DNA from: Oikopleura dioica
Lineage: Eukaryota > Animalia > Chordata
Direction: 5' to 3'
Assembly: GCA_907165135.1 (NCBI GenBank)
Contig: OU015566.1
Coordinates: 4,340,001 to 4,404,000 of the forward strand
DNA: 64,000 nucleotides
Part shown: one piece after another, positions 10,923-23,357 of the stretch
Layout: each line of letters begins with the position of its first letter
Position numbering within the stretch: the first letter of the stretch is position 1
The notes under the pieces: model-generated
Told to the model about the DNA's origin: nothing
Database searches by the model: none
The model's input: only the letters and a program-made list of their open reading frames with translations
Made by a program: the position numbers and the translations under genes

Positions 10923-11431
10923 TATTTCCTCTCTGTTTTTTTTTGAAGATGCCCGAGGGTAGAGAGTTTCTCCTTTTGATTGTGTCTGGTAGTCTTTCGT
11001 TTGCTTAGGGCGAAGCAAAATTTCAAAATGCTCAGATGAGTAATAACGATTTCAAATTGCTCTTGAGCCAAGGGCCCTCTTCATTTTATGGGAGAGAAGA
11101 TGAGATTTCAAATATTGTTCTAGAAAAATTGATAGAAAATAAGGAGAAATTGTATCTTGCTCAACCGTGTAGTGGTTCATAGATTCCTTGATCACCTAGT
11201 CAATAAAAAGTCAATAAGAAAGTCAATAAATTACGAATTCAAAAATTTCTGTTTCCTAAAATTTTTCATTAAATTATGGTCTTTTCAAATTCATCGCTTT
11301 TTAGTTATTTCTTAAAATATCAAATTTTTACATAAAAATCGATATTCATGGGTATTTTGTCTTGTAAATGACCCTTTCACGCTTGAATCAATTTTTTAGA
11401 ATATTCAAATACTCCTTTATTCAATCATTTT

Positions 11432-12616
11432 TTAATTGTAAAACAAGCCAATCATCACGACAAGAAGAGTCGCAGAAATTTGAGTGACAGAAAATCCACC
11501 TGGCAGGAAATCCTCGTTGCACAAGTCGTATTGGCACATAATGCTCGCGTCCGCCTTCTGGTGGTGGAATTCGTTCAAATGTGTGTCTGAAAAAGTGATG
11601 AAAAGATGACATGAGGATTTTCATTCTTTTACTTTTCTGAGTGTTGCTTCCTTCAGTTCCATTGTTGCAGAATCGATGAACTTCTCGGCTCATTTCTTGG
11701 CCTTTGTACTAAAATTTTCGTTGATGAAATAACAACTTGAGATGAATTTACTGCAAATGATTGTCGAGAAACTTCGCAAGTTCCCCAGCAGTCGGTGATA
11801 TTGTTTTGCATATTTGTTGCAGCTTCGCAAAATCGGAAATCTTGAAAAAATTTTTTCTGAATTTCGATAATAAAAACTCCGTTTACCTTCGCTGGGAACC
11901 CATTGTTGAGAATCTTCTTCAAAGTGTGACCATCCTTCGCACTAAAGAAGATGAAGAAACACAAAAGAAAAGCTGAACTCACTTTGTAACAAGGCTGACC
12001 ATGGGGATCAGAAGGGGTTGGTGGCGCGGCAAAATCGAATGATTCTGGCTCTTGGATCGGAAAAGTCACCATTTTGGAGCATTCATCAACGTCAGAACCG
12101 CAAGAATGAAGCTCAAGAGTGTGAAGAGCTCCGTCGACTTTTCCCTCGTAATCGTATCCTGAAAAATGAAAGTGAAGAAATCAAGGAAGAGAAAACCAAA
12201 CCTGGCGCGCCCTGGAGATACTCAAAATGCCCTCGCTCGACGAATGTAAAGTGATTCCATCCCGGCTCTCCGTTTGGCAGAATCACTTCTTCGTAACCAG
12301 TTCCTTTGACTGCTTGACAATCGGTTCGCAAAGTGTAGACTTTTCCAGTACTTTGGCTGGTGTGCGTCTTGTATCGCAACTTTTCGGACACTTTTGTGCT
12401 AAAAATTTAATTTCAATTGAAAAAATTTAATAACTTATTTTTTAATAATTCAATTTTGCCTTTTTCACGCAAAACTTACTTTTCATCGGGATTCAAACAA
12501 TCAGCCGATCCGACCTCCATTCCGCTCTCAAACAGCTGGTGAAAGCACTCGTAGCATTTGATAAATTCCTTGTCACTTGCTGTCAAAAGCGGGATCAATC
12601 CTGCGATCAGCTTCAT
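11432..12616 (-). CDS. GPI-anchored Ly6/uPAR (three-finger)-like protein, multi-exon
   Basis: Signal-like N-terminus MKLIAGLIPLLTAS, CYECFHQ...DCLNP start motif, second unit PCYKCEGWSH, C-terminal CQYDLCN LU motif followed by a hydrophobic GPI-type tail. One GC-AG intron (CAG G|gcgcg...tttcag|GA TAC). Confidence 0.7.
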
Positions 12617-12963
12617 TTTCGCCTTTTTTCTTTTTCTGATTTGAGGCGAAAAAGATATCGCACTTTGGGGTTATTGGAATTCTATTGACATTTTGCACCT
12701 ATGACTTTTGTAATTACAGCGTCAGATTGCAAGGAAGCATGTGAGTTTATTGCTCTTCTCGAAGATTTTTTTCAATGGGATCGGGAAAGCTAGAAATGTA
12801 AATAGCGACTTTGAGCACTTTGAAAGTCGACCATTTGTCAAATATTCTGATTCCGCTGAGAAGAATAAGTCGACTAAAGAAACATCCGCATTCAATCAAC
12901 TTACAATTGTCGCCACAGTAGATAATTTTAATTGAGAAAAGCGGCCTCAGCTCGATCGAAAAA

Positions 12964-13439
12964 ATGATGAAAATTCTACTTATTTTTCTCTTTTCTGTTT
13001 CTTTCGCAGATACAACGACGTCGACGACAACGACGACCACAACTTCGACAACTACAACTACAACAACAACCACAACGATGAGAACAACAACAACAGCAAC
13101 GAAAATAACCTCTCAAACGCTATTTTCGACATCCTCGACATCTTCGATTCTAGAGACAACTTTGCCAACAGAAAGCATTACTCAAGCCGATTCGTTGACA
13201 ACAACAAGGAAAACCACAGAAGCAGAGATTTCAACTTCCCCATTAGGTAAATAAAAACAATAGTGAAATCGCTTTTTATGTCAGTTACAGCGACAAACGG
13301 TCGAGTTGACGAATCAACAACTCAATTTAATCCGTCTACAAAAACAACCCCTGAAACTACAACATTTTCCAATGCAACTTCAAACTATTCTGTATACTCT
13401 TGTCTTGTCATTTCTTTGTTTAGCAATCATTTCTTGTAG
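12964..13439 (+). CDS. Small Thr/Ser-rich mucin-like protein with signal peptide and probable GPI signal (2 exons)
   Basis: Exons 12964-13246 and 13285-13439. MMKILLIFLFSVSFA followed by poly-Thr; ends SNATSNYSVYSCLVISLFSNHFL*. Confidence 0.8.
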
Positions 13440-15642
13440 TAATATACCCTAAGAACAATAATTAACACTGTTCATTGCATGTTTTGAGCAATCAAAGACT
13501 TACTTTAAATACGAATATGAGACATGCTTATTTACCATTTTGTCAGTTCTGTCGTCGAAAATGAAAATCCAGTTTGTTCATTTTTTCAAAATATTATGGT
13601 CTTTCTTTAAAAATCTATAAAAAGCTTTCTTCTCTTAAATTTCGAAACTCTTCCTTGATTTCGCTCTCGATCGAAAATCTGATCATTATTTATTCACGCA
13701 TACATTTAAACGAGCAGTTAAATCGGCAGGAAAATTCAAACAAGCTCTGCATTTTCTGTCTTTCCACTTGAAGCCTTTCGCTTCTTCTAGGACTTCGACG
13801 ATATCTTCTTCACTTTTGCAGAGTAAGAGTATCGACCCCATCGGCCTCCGGTTCTGGACAAAACTGTCGACTAATCGCACTGCAATCTTTTTCTGTCAAT
13901 TTTTTCATGTAAGACAAATCATCAGCAAAGAGCCTCATTAGCAAGTCCCGTCAGATTTGTGTCTCTTTTTGCAACAACTGTAACCTGAAAAGTCTTTGGC
14001 TCACGGATGCGCAAGGCCAAGCGTGGTAATCACTGTTGGTCCGGAGCTGGCTTATCCGCGCCTGAGAAAATATCGAATGTCTACGTCAAGGTCTGTTGCC
14101 AGCTTCTTTATCCTCCACTCACGGCTAATCCAATTTCCAATTATTTCTGGAGACCATTTTTAGAGCCCGTTTCTGTCGCGACAACTCAGCTTTTTCCGAG
14201 TCAAAATATCAAAATGTCAGAAAAAAAATTTGAAAAGACCCTTTTAGGAGAAAAATTTTGCTTTTTCATTTATTTTTCCTCATTCTCGATAAAAAAGAGC
14301 CACGCAAACAAAGACATTGTTTGAATTTTCGCGGCTCGATAATGGCCAGTGGACATGCGATTCTGACCGCAGGAAGGGATAAACGGGATAATACCAAAGC
14401 ACGGATCAGCTGAAATAAGTGGTTGGTGCGTCCAACGGGTCTTATCCGATCCAAGATGACAGGGAAACTGTAAAATTGGCAACTTGAAATGAAAGTTTTT
14501 TTTTAATTCATTTAAAAAAATTATATTAAAATTCTTAAGATTATTTTAATAAATTTTAAATTTCGAAATTTTTTATTTTTGTAAAAATTTTATTCAAAAA
14601 ATCTTTAAAGTCTTTAAAAACTAGTAAGTAGCTAACTAGTCGAAATTCCATGTTCTTGTCTCCTACAAACTCGTGTTTTACGTGAGAAGAATCTGCCATC
14701 AATCAATATTAATTCATGTTCCTTCGTGTCAAAATGCTGGTCAAAAAGGGGCCGCGCTTTTTCTCGCTGATAAATGAGCTCATTGAGTTGGGTTTGTTTA
14801 AATTGAAAACGAGCGATACATATCAGTTTATTATACCAAGTAACTTTTACTTTTTGGAGCGTGTAAAACAAAATCGTTAATATTTTTTCCCGATTTTTTT
14901 AGCGAAAAAAACATGATTTTGCGAAACACAGATTTCCGAAAAATTCAAATTTGATTGGGGTGGAGAAAATTGATCGGAATTTTTCGGAGCAGCTGCTGAT
15001 TTCGCCGGTTATTTATTCGCCCAAGCAGGTTTTTTCGGTAAACAAATATTTCTAGAGCCATGGAGCGCGGGCGGAAGTATCTGGTTAGCAAGAGAATTTT
15101 ACATACGATTGAATTTGCTTGGCTAGAGTTTTAGATGATCAGGAAGGCGAATTGAGCGGCAATTTTTTATGCATTGGAATGCTTCCTTTTTGGTCTGGTC
15201 GCTAGAATTTCAAGAAAAAGGAAAAAAGAATGAGATTTGGCTTTTTTGATCGATCGAATCGATGAACCACAAATGAAAAATGGATCGTAACCAGTCGCGG
15301 ATTCAAGTTTCGACCCGACACTGAAAGAGTCTTTTTGAGTCTGATAAATCTACTTCGCGGTACTCGAAAAAAAAAGTGAATCAATTCTGTGGGCGCACGT
15401 TGCTATCGGCGACAAATTGGCTTGTTCGAAAATCTTTTTTTTTTTCTAAAAATGGTTGCTTCTTGAGACATTATTTTCAGGAAGTTGGTGACCTGGTACA
15501 GTATGACTAAAATTGTCATCACGTTAAAATAGGTATAAAGCTGTCAAATGAATAGAAAATGGTAGACAGATGTCGATTCCGATGGCTTGAGGCTATTTAA
15601 ACCGACTTTACTGAAGAATTTTTATACAGTCATTTTTGAAAA

Positions 15643-16076
15643 ATGAGAGTTTTCGGGCTCTATTTCGTTCTTTTTCCTCAAATATTCGGATACAGAGTTA
15701 TGAGGTGAGACCCTTAAAGAAAGAGGTTATTTTATACCGACAAAAATTTTGCGTGGGCGATTTTTGGCTGCTGATTGGGCAGTTGGCCAAATCAAGGCTT
15801 CTTATTGGTTGAAAATTTCAGCGAAAAAATTTTTTGAAATTTGATAGAATTTTGTTATTCTTCATTTTTAGGAATGAAATCAAGGATATCCTGAAAGTCA
15901 TCTCCCTCGATGAGCAAAAAAACATCGAACAACTTGGTCGACATTTGATGAAAGAACAACACGACCACGAAGCACCCAAGTCAGATCACAAAATTCAGAG
16001 CATTTGGAAAACTGGCTCTCCAGAAATTCTCGTGAACCGATTCGGTTTACCAGTTGAGCTGTACAGAATTGTTTGA
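15643..16076 (+). CDS. Small secreted orphan protein (about 88 aa, 2 exons)
   Basis: Exons 15643-15704 and 15872-16076 with a phase-2 GT-AG intron holding a MITE A fragment. MRVFGLYFVLFPQIFGYRVMRNEIKDILKVISLDEQKNIEQLGRHLMKEQHDHEAPK...LPVELYRIV*. Confidence 0.7.
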
Positions 16077-16404
16077 ATAAAATGACATTTACATGTGACG
16101 CAACGACATTTGACATGCTTGTCAAGGTGAATGATAATTATGAGAAAGAGTGATAATCGCAAGATGCAAAAGCTTATCCAGGATCAGCGCGTCTGCGTGG
16201 CAACATAATTCTAGAAAGCCTCGGAATGCGCAAAGGTCAAAAATGAGGGAGATGTTTTCAGACCACGAAACGGTGTTTTGCACCTTTACTTTTAAGCTAA
16301 ATATCTTGTATTACAATTAAGTAGCATCACAAGAGCAAAAACTGAAGGATTCAAGATGCGATAAAATTATAAAGGAAAATTTTATTGTACAATATGTAAA
16401 TCAT

Positions 16405-17950
16405 GCAGAAATATGTAAATTTATCTTGCTCTTTGTGGGACAGGTCCCCTTCGTTGTTCTGTTTCTCGAGTAAGAAAGTCGTCTGCTTGAAGCTCGTTAA
16501 TTTCCTGAGCGAGATCACGGTTCAGATCGCCGATAAAATTCAATGCTGGAAATTGTCTTAAAACATTAAAGAAACGGCCATCTGCAGATACATGAGGGCA
16601 AAGGTCGAATCGAAAGCATCTTCTTTCTGTTTCCCATGAGTATTCTTAATTATTGTTAAAGAGTTAACTTTTGAATTCATACCTTCTTCATAATTTTCGA
16701 ACAAAATTAATTTAATTATGGGGTCGAGAAAAATCTTCATCACAAGAAAAAAGAAACCTTTAAAAAAAATCCAAAATATTGTAGAATTCGTCTAAAACAT
16801 CGTTCAGCTCCATTAGTGAGTCCATTATCTCCATCATAGATTTAAATAGAAGTTCCATTTTTCGGTAAATTTCAGTGAGCGAAGATCCAAAACTTTCTTG
16901 TTTTTCCCATGTTTCTAAATAATTGTCAGAAAATTCATGACTAAATGATTAACCTTTATCTCTTTCTGTAATTGAAGTATCCATTTTCTTACTATGAAAT
17001 TGTTTTTTTTTATTTAAAAAATCGATATTTTCTCTAAAAATGATCGCTGTTGAAGCTTTGAGAAAAGAAAAAGAGAATGGCGCCATGACCAGAGCCTCAT
17101 AAAATGGGAAAATGAATTGCATTTGTATCCTTTTCTCTGAGTCTTCAGAGAATCTTTACTTTGGAATCCCGCCCATCCATCGAAAAATCCAGCGTCTTTA
17201 GAAACTAGAAGGTGCAACTGTAATTATCCCATCGCTTCGGAATTTTTTCCCTCATTCTTGAGAAACTGGTTTCTGGAATCCAAGGAATACAAAAAAATAG
17301 CACACTGCCATCTTGAATCGATTTATCTTCCAGCTCATTCAACGGAAGTGTAGCGCAGCCAAAAAAAAAACGAAAAAATGAGCGATGAAGAAAGTTTTGA
17401 AGCAAAAAAGTAGTTTTGTTGTTTTCTTGCTGACTGAGTCAGATAATACCGAGTTAAAACGTGATAACCGACCGTACATCTTCTTCTAACACTGCTTCGG
17501 ATCCACTTTAAAAAGCCACGCCGCGGTGGGCGATTACTTTCTAAGCCCTTTATTTTAAAATCTTTAATCTATTATGGTTAGCCCTTTTTTGAGGGTAAAA
17601 CCTGTTTGGTAATAAGATTTTAAGGTAGATTTTCAGAAAAAAAATCAAAAAAATCGATTATTTTTTTTAATAAATATCTAAAAAAATATTTTTAACAAAA
17701 AATTTTAATCAAAAAATAATTTTTTTTGAGAAAAATAATTTTCTTTGTGATTAGTTCAATAAACAATTTTTCATCGGAACAAGCTGGCCAAATCTTGGAG
17801 TCATTTTCTGAACGTCTTGATTAAAATACCAGTCGCGAGAGCAGCGTTTTTGTGAACACGTCTCGAACAAGCGCGGCGTGGTTTTTGCTCGCACAGAATT
17901 TCTCGGTCGCGGCTTCCTCGAATCCCAAAAGGCAAGATATTTTTCCATCG
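16405..17950 (-). CDS. Probable multi-exon gene of unknown function (incomplete model)
   Basis: Spliceable coding-like segments, e.g. GYFNYRERDK|ETWEKQESFGSSLTEIYRKMELLFKSMMEIMDSLMELNDVLDEF and ALNFIGDLNRDLAQEINELQADDFLTRETEQRRGPVPQRAR*. Several junctions are unresolved. Confidence 0.35.
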
Positions 17951-20062
17951 ATGCTTGATTCCATAATAGGCGGTTACAAAAAATGCTTGGTTTCGCAGAC
18001 AGGTGGGGAGCGGTTTTGGATTATCTTGGGAATAAAAATATTCAAAAAGGAAAAATGACTTTTTTCGTTACTGGTAATTATGCGATTTTTCAGAAAAAAA
18101 ATTTTCCGTCTTGTTCAATTTTTTCATTAAAAATTGTCGATAAATACATTTCTGGGTCTCGAAATGATGTCGATAATATAATCTAAGAGCTACAGTAAGT
18201 TCCAATTATTTCATCCCTCCGCGCGATAGGAAACGAAACTACCTCAAAGAGATCAAAGAAACCTGCAATTTTCGAAAATTGCCCCTGATAAGAAGCTTAT
18301 CCAGTATGCATAAACCGCACAATGTGAGCAAATACTCCCCACAGACTGCACTTGACGCGGTTTCCGAATTTCAAACAAAAAGTCAACTTTCTCTCTCTTT
18401 TTTCAAAGTTTTGACTTTTTGTGCTTTGATTTTTGAGTCAAAAATGATCTTGAGCTTTTTCATGAAAACTCACGAAATTGATTTTTTTTTGAAATATTTC
18501 CAGCTTTGTCGCCACTTATGACCCCAGTTATTTGACAAATGCCTCGATTATGACGACGGGCATTTCAAATTTGTCACAATTACGAGCCTTTCTTTTTTCT
18601 GAATTTTCTAAATCCGAACTTGCCATTCTTTGAGTAAGCAAAATTTTGTTTGGAGGATGAAAAGAGCTTAGCTCGTTGCTGGCCCGTTCTTTCTAAACGA
18701 AAAGTCCTCGCAAATTGAACCGGATTTGAGCTAGCCAGATCAAATTTAATTCACTTTATCGGCTTTTTTCTTATTCTTACGTCATCGAAAAAAATGGCTA
18801 GATAAAGGGTTTTAACGAAGGGGGGCACCTTAAAAGAAACGATGACTCATCTACTTTTTTCCTCAAAAAAAAAGCCGCGAAGCGGCTTCGCCAAAATTCG
18901 AGTCGAAATTAGGGGTCAATTTTGGCGAAGCCGCTTCGGGTTTTTCTCAAAAAGCCGCTTTTCGGCTTTTTTCTTAAGAATCCTGACTTTGATTTTTCGC
19001 TTCGGATTATTCCGCTAGAAAATCAAATTCTGAAGAAAAAAACCATTTTGTTGATTTGAATTTCTTCGAATCGAAACGGGAAAAGGTTGCTCTTTTTACG
19101 GAAATGTTTGGGTAGAACGTTACGATTGCGGTTCACGATAGTATCGCCCGGGTCAACCTTAGCGCTCTATTTTTAGAATGATCGCCAGAATAAGTCACCT
19201 ACGATAATAAAGGCTTTTTTCTTTTCTTACATCGGAATGCGAGAAAGTAAAATTTCAAGTCGATTTTGTGAAAATGACATGAGCCCGAGTGACCCAAGAA
19301 TTTGACTCTTTGGAGAGGGTCGCCCAGCTGCACGTTTCAGAAAGAAAGAGTGTTCTTCTTAAAGTCATTTTTGCATTTTTATCTTTTTTTTTTTTAGACA
19401 GAAAGATTTGGGAAGATTTGATGAACGAGAATTTTAAAAGAATTTCGCGCGAAAAAAAGAGCAGAAAATCTGGTGGTGACAAAGTGTTCAAGTGCTCGAA
19501 GCAGCTTATTTGAAATTTTCTCGCGAGTTCATTTCTCTGATAGAAAAAATGATGATTCTGTAGTTTATTTTTTTACGAAAATAAAATTTTTGTCAGGAAA
19601 CGGGAAGAGAGAGATAAATGGTCAAAAAATGAATTTCTCATTCATTTCATTTTCAGAATTTGGACTAAAGAATGATGCATTTTTCGTTTGATTTTGATTC
19701 TGGCATTTGTTCGATGTCTCCAGCAATGTCTTGAGTAACTTCGTCTAAATAACTGGGCTCGCCAACCTGAGTCGAAAACATGAATCTTGGTCTGAAAGAT
19801 CAAAACGGCCAGAAATTTTAAAAAAGATTGAATAATAGTTTTCGGAAGCCGCTTCGCGGCTTTAGTTTTAAAAAGCCGCTACTCGGCTTTTCATTTTTGA
19901 TCTTTCAGACCCTGACTCAGGTTTTCTTTTCAGGTTGCCGAGCCTAGCTATATAATCAAGCCCTTCATTCACGAAACCAGGTGGTTCAGGCTTTTTCTGG
20001 GAATCAAGCCGGATTTTGTCAATATTGGCTTTTTTTTTGCGATGATAGCATTTATGCCATAA

Positions 20063-20365
20063 TCATAAATATTTTTCTCTCGATCGCATTCCTGGATCGT
20101 CAAAAGAACTCACAGTCGATTCCTCTGAATTGCATCTTTCTCTACAACTACTTGAAGGAATCTCGCAAGTTGGCCTGTTGCAAGTTATTTCTTGGCATTT
20201 AATATTTTCCCTGCAGCTAGAAAGTCTCTCTCCACATGATGAAAAACAATTTTCGACGTTTTCTCGGCAACTTGAATTTCCCATTTCTCTACTATTATGG
20301 AATGTACTCGGCTTGCGTTTTTGTTGACCTTGGCGAAAAAAACGGCAATACTGTTTACCCTGCAA
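20063..20365 (-). CDS. Cys-rich ORF with repeated SSCRE/SSCGE motif
   Basis: 100-aa ORF containing SSCRENVENC, SSCGERL, SSCRENIKC and SSSCRERC. May be an exon of a larger gene. Confidence 0.4.
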   Translation of the reverse strand: MQGKQYCRFFRQGQQKRKPSTFHNSREMGNSSCRENVENCFSSCGERLSSCRENIKCQEITCNRPTCEIPSSSCRERCNSEESTVSSFDDPGMRSREKYL

Positions 20366-20467
20366 TTACGCTCAGGTGGCTTTTGGGCTTGTAAATAGCA
20401 CTTTTTTTCACTCAAAAATATTTTTTTCGCTTCTATGATTTATTGAGGAAATACACATATTGTTGTA

Positions 20468-21157
20468 TTACATTCTCAATTTTTCTAAAACATTTCTAGC
20501 TCCATTTCTTATCCTTTGAAAGATATTTTGTGAGAAGTTAGTATCGTGTTCTTCTTCTTCTGTTAATTCTTCTTGTAAGGGAGATGGTTCGGGCAATGAT
20601 GAATCAACTCTGTTAATTGACTCTGCGGCTCTAAATGGAGGAGGTGGAATTAAAGGCGGTCGTGGTCGAATTCTAGGTGGAGATGGTGGCGGTGGTCCGG
20701 GAAGGTCGAGAATTTCTTCGGCAAGATGCTGGTTTACGTCGCTTATGTTCTCAATTTCTGCTCGTTGTTCGGGTGATAAAAATGGTGAGGGAGGAAGTCG
20801 ACCAGCGCAGGGAGGTTTTGGAGGTTTTGGAGTCAATTTAGTACAATTTCGTAGGTGTAGTCTTATCTGCATATTACTAAATTCTTTTCGTTTACGCGGG
20901 CCACTGTGTTGAGCAGCTGGTAGCGGCGGCGAAATCCGATGATTTAGGATTGCATTTGGAACTTTTCTCAAAATTATATTGTTCAAACTTTGAATTAGTG
21001 GTGGAGCTCCCGGTTGCGATGATCTTGCTGATAGTGAAGGAGGTGGAGGCGGCGGAGGAACTCTTGTTGGAGGATGTGTTGGTGGTCGAGTTTCTCGAAG
21101 GTTACGAATTTCTTCGATTTTTAAAAAACCTTCATCTTGGAAATTCGGCTTCTCCAT
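20468..21157 (-). CDS. Intronless 229-aa proline-rich protein with a WH2-like motif
   Basis: ATG start, poly-Pro tracts, PLIQSLNNIILRKV (WH2-like), PRKRK basic patch and acidic EELTEEEEHD. Confidence 0.65.
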   Translation of the reverse strand: MEKPNFQDEGFLKIEEIRNLRETRPPTHPPTRVPPPPPPPSLSARSSQPGAPPLIQSLNNIILRKVPNAILNHRISPPLPAAQHSGPRKRKEFSNMQIRLHLRNCTKLTPKPPKPPCAGRLPPSPFLSPEQRAEIENISDVNQHLAEEILDLPGPPPPSPPRIRPRPPLIPPPPFRAAESINRVDSSLPEPSPLQEELTEEEEHDTNFSQNIFQRIRNGARNVLEKLRM

Positions 21158-22403
21158 ATTTCAATTTTTTCTCTGTTTCTTTCAGCATTAATGAAAAGAA
21201 TCGACTATTCTGAATAGTGCTGCATTCACAAAAGTCTATTCCCATTATTTTTATCCCCATAAAATCTTAATCATCCAATCTTTAGTACAACGCTGAATCA
21301 ATGCAAATAGAGCTCAGATTCTCTAAAGCGCGTCGTAAACCAATTATAACTCAGGGCGACCGTTTGTCAAAAATTCACGTCACAATGTCCAATAATCTAT
21401 GGAGAGAAGCCTTCTTTTTCCAACTTTCCCGGGCGATGAAGATTTTTTCACACATTTTTTCATGACACTTTCGAGCGAATTCACTTCCCTTTTCCTTTCA
21501 GCTGCGAAAACGTCCACTCAAAGTGATCCCTTCTTGATTCCCATTGGATCAAGCTATGCGACCTCTCTCGAGTCCGAGGGATCAATCTCTCGGCTCATTC
21601 GGATTACGAGCCAATCAGCGGATTAATGGCCACGTTCCCGGCTTCGCTGATTTTGTTACGTTTCGGCGAAAAGGGCTTTTGCCTCCAAAAGATTGACGAT
21701 TATGAATAACTGACGCGATAATAAGCAAGAAAGGTTCTAAAAAACGCTGATAAGAAAAACTTTCAATCTAAAAATTCGTCATAAAAACGTCGAATTGACC
21801 GATAACAGAAGCTAGAAAGAAGATTTTTGAGCAGAAAAGTCATCTTCTTGGAAAATTCCGGCAACGCGAAATTTAGGAAATATAAATATTCACGAAAATT
21901 TGTCTTAATCCGTGTTCTAAGCGGCTCCGAGCTTGATACAAACATCGATATTATGACTTCTTCCGCTCCGCAAGTTTTGCTATTTATTTTGGCGAAAAAT
22001 TGAAAGTGAGAAAATTTTAATCCAAAATAAAATAAAGCCCAGAAAGCCCTTTTTTCTGAAAATTCCGTTCTCCTCAAAATGTTATCCTTTTCCCGGTTTC
22101 TTTTATTTATGTCGACAAAACTAGAATTTTCAACCACTGTGATTCAATTCTCCTAGCCGCTGTTCATGTTCAACTGGCCGCAGTTGAACACTTCAGTTCT
22201 CAGGAAAATCAAAGAACGGGGACACGTACTAGGAGAGCGTTAGAAAGACCTCGGCGGAGGAAAGAATGACAAGTTATTTGTTGAAAGAAACGGCAGATGA
22301 TGGAACTAGAAGTGACATGATTTGTCAAATAACGGGGCGATCAAATTAATCCAACGAGGAACGATTGTTTTGAATGATAAGGAAGAATCAATGCTAAAAT
22401 TTT

Positions 22404-22586
22404 GGCTCGGCAAGCTGTGTAGAAAACCTGAGTCAGGTTCTGACCAGCTCAAATGAAAAGCGGCGTAGCGGCTTTTTTTAAGATGAAAGCCGCGGAGCTG
22501 CTTCGTCATCAAAAAAAGCCGACATGCGGCTATTTAATTGAGCTCTTCAGAACCTGACTCAGGTTTTCTACACAGCTTGCCGAGCC
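22404..22586. mobile_element. MITE family B, full-length copy
   Basis: Perfect termini ggctcggcaagctgtgtagaaaacctgagtcaggttctga ... tcagaacctgactcaggttttctacacagcttgccgagcc. Confidence 0.9.
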
Positions 22587-23357
22587 GAAAAGAGGACCCG
22601 AAATGATAATAAGACAATTTTTAGTAAGAAATCGTACTCCATCTGTTTTTCTTTTTCTAAAACTCGAATCTGTATATTTTGTCAAAGCTGTCTGAAGCTC
22701 GCAATATAATCCAGCTGAAACTTTCTCAAAAAACATTCGCTGGAAAAAGTGTGTTTGTGCTTATCTGAACCACGTTTTTGATGCCAGGGCGATTAGGGGC
22801 TCATCTTGAGCACGAAAGTTAAGTAAGCGTTTTTCGCGAGTAGATCCGGCCGCTCTTGAAAATATACCCAAATTATCCGTAACAGAAGCACCTACCCGTA
22901 CTTGACGCAAGGTGACTTCTTTTTAGACTCAAAAAAAAGCTTGATTGATAATTTTTTTGATAAATTTTTCAGGAAAATATTGAAAAATTTAAGATTTTGA
23001 AAAATATTTTTTCAGAAATTTAAATGTAGATACCCTTAAGTTTTTCTCAAAAGATAACATCAGCCCGTTATGAGCAATTATTTGAAGAAATAAGGGTGTC
23101 AAAAGGAAATTTTGAAGAATCTTTCTTTCAAAATCGATTATTTTGAACATGAATTATTGCCAAATTTTTCAGTATAGAAATTCGAAAACGAAAATTTCTC
23201 GGTTTTCGGGTTTGGTCAACCACGGAACCCTTCCATTGGATATTCACGTGACCGCAGCTTTGGCAGGCTGCACGTCAACCGAGAGATTTTCGTGGCCAAA
23301 TGGAGCCAAAAAACTCGAACTTTTGAAAAATACTTTCGTGAATTTCACAGATCCTTT

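Noticed and set aside
11052-11054. TGA recoding (Trp or Sec) / alternative genetic code
   Set aside because: All well-supported genes use TGG for Trp and TGA as a normal stop, and I saw no SECIS-like evidence.
13560-15250. Short minus-strand ORFs (60-80 aa)
   Set aside because: I could not build a consistent spliced model or recognise any motif; they may be real exons but are unsupported.
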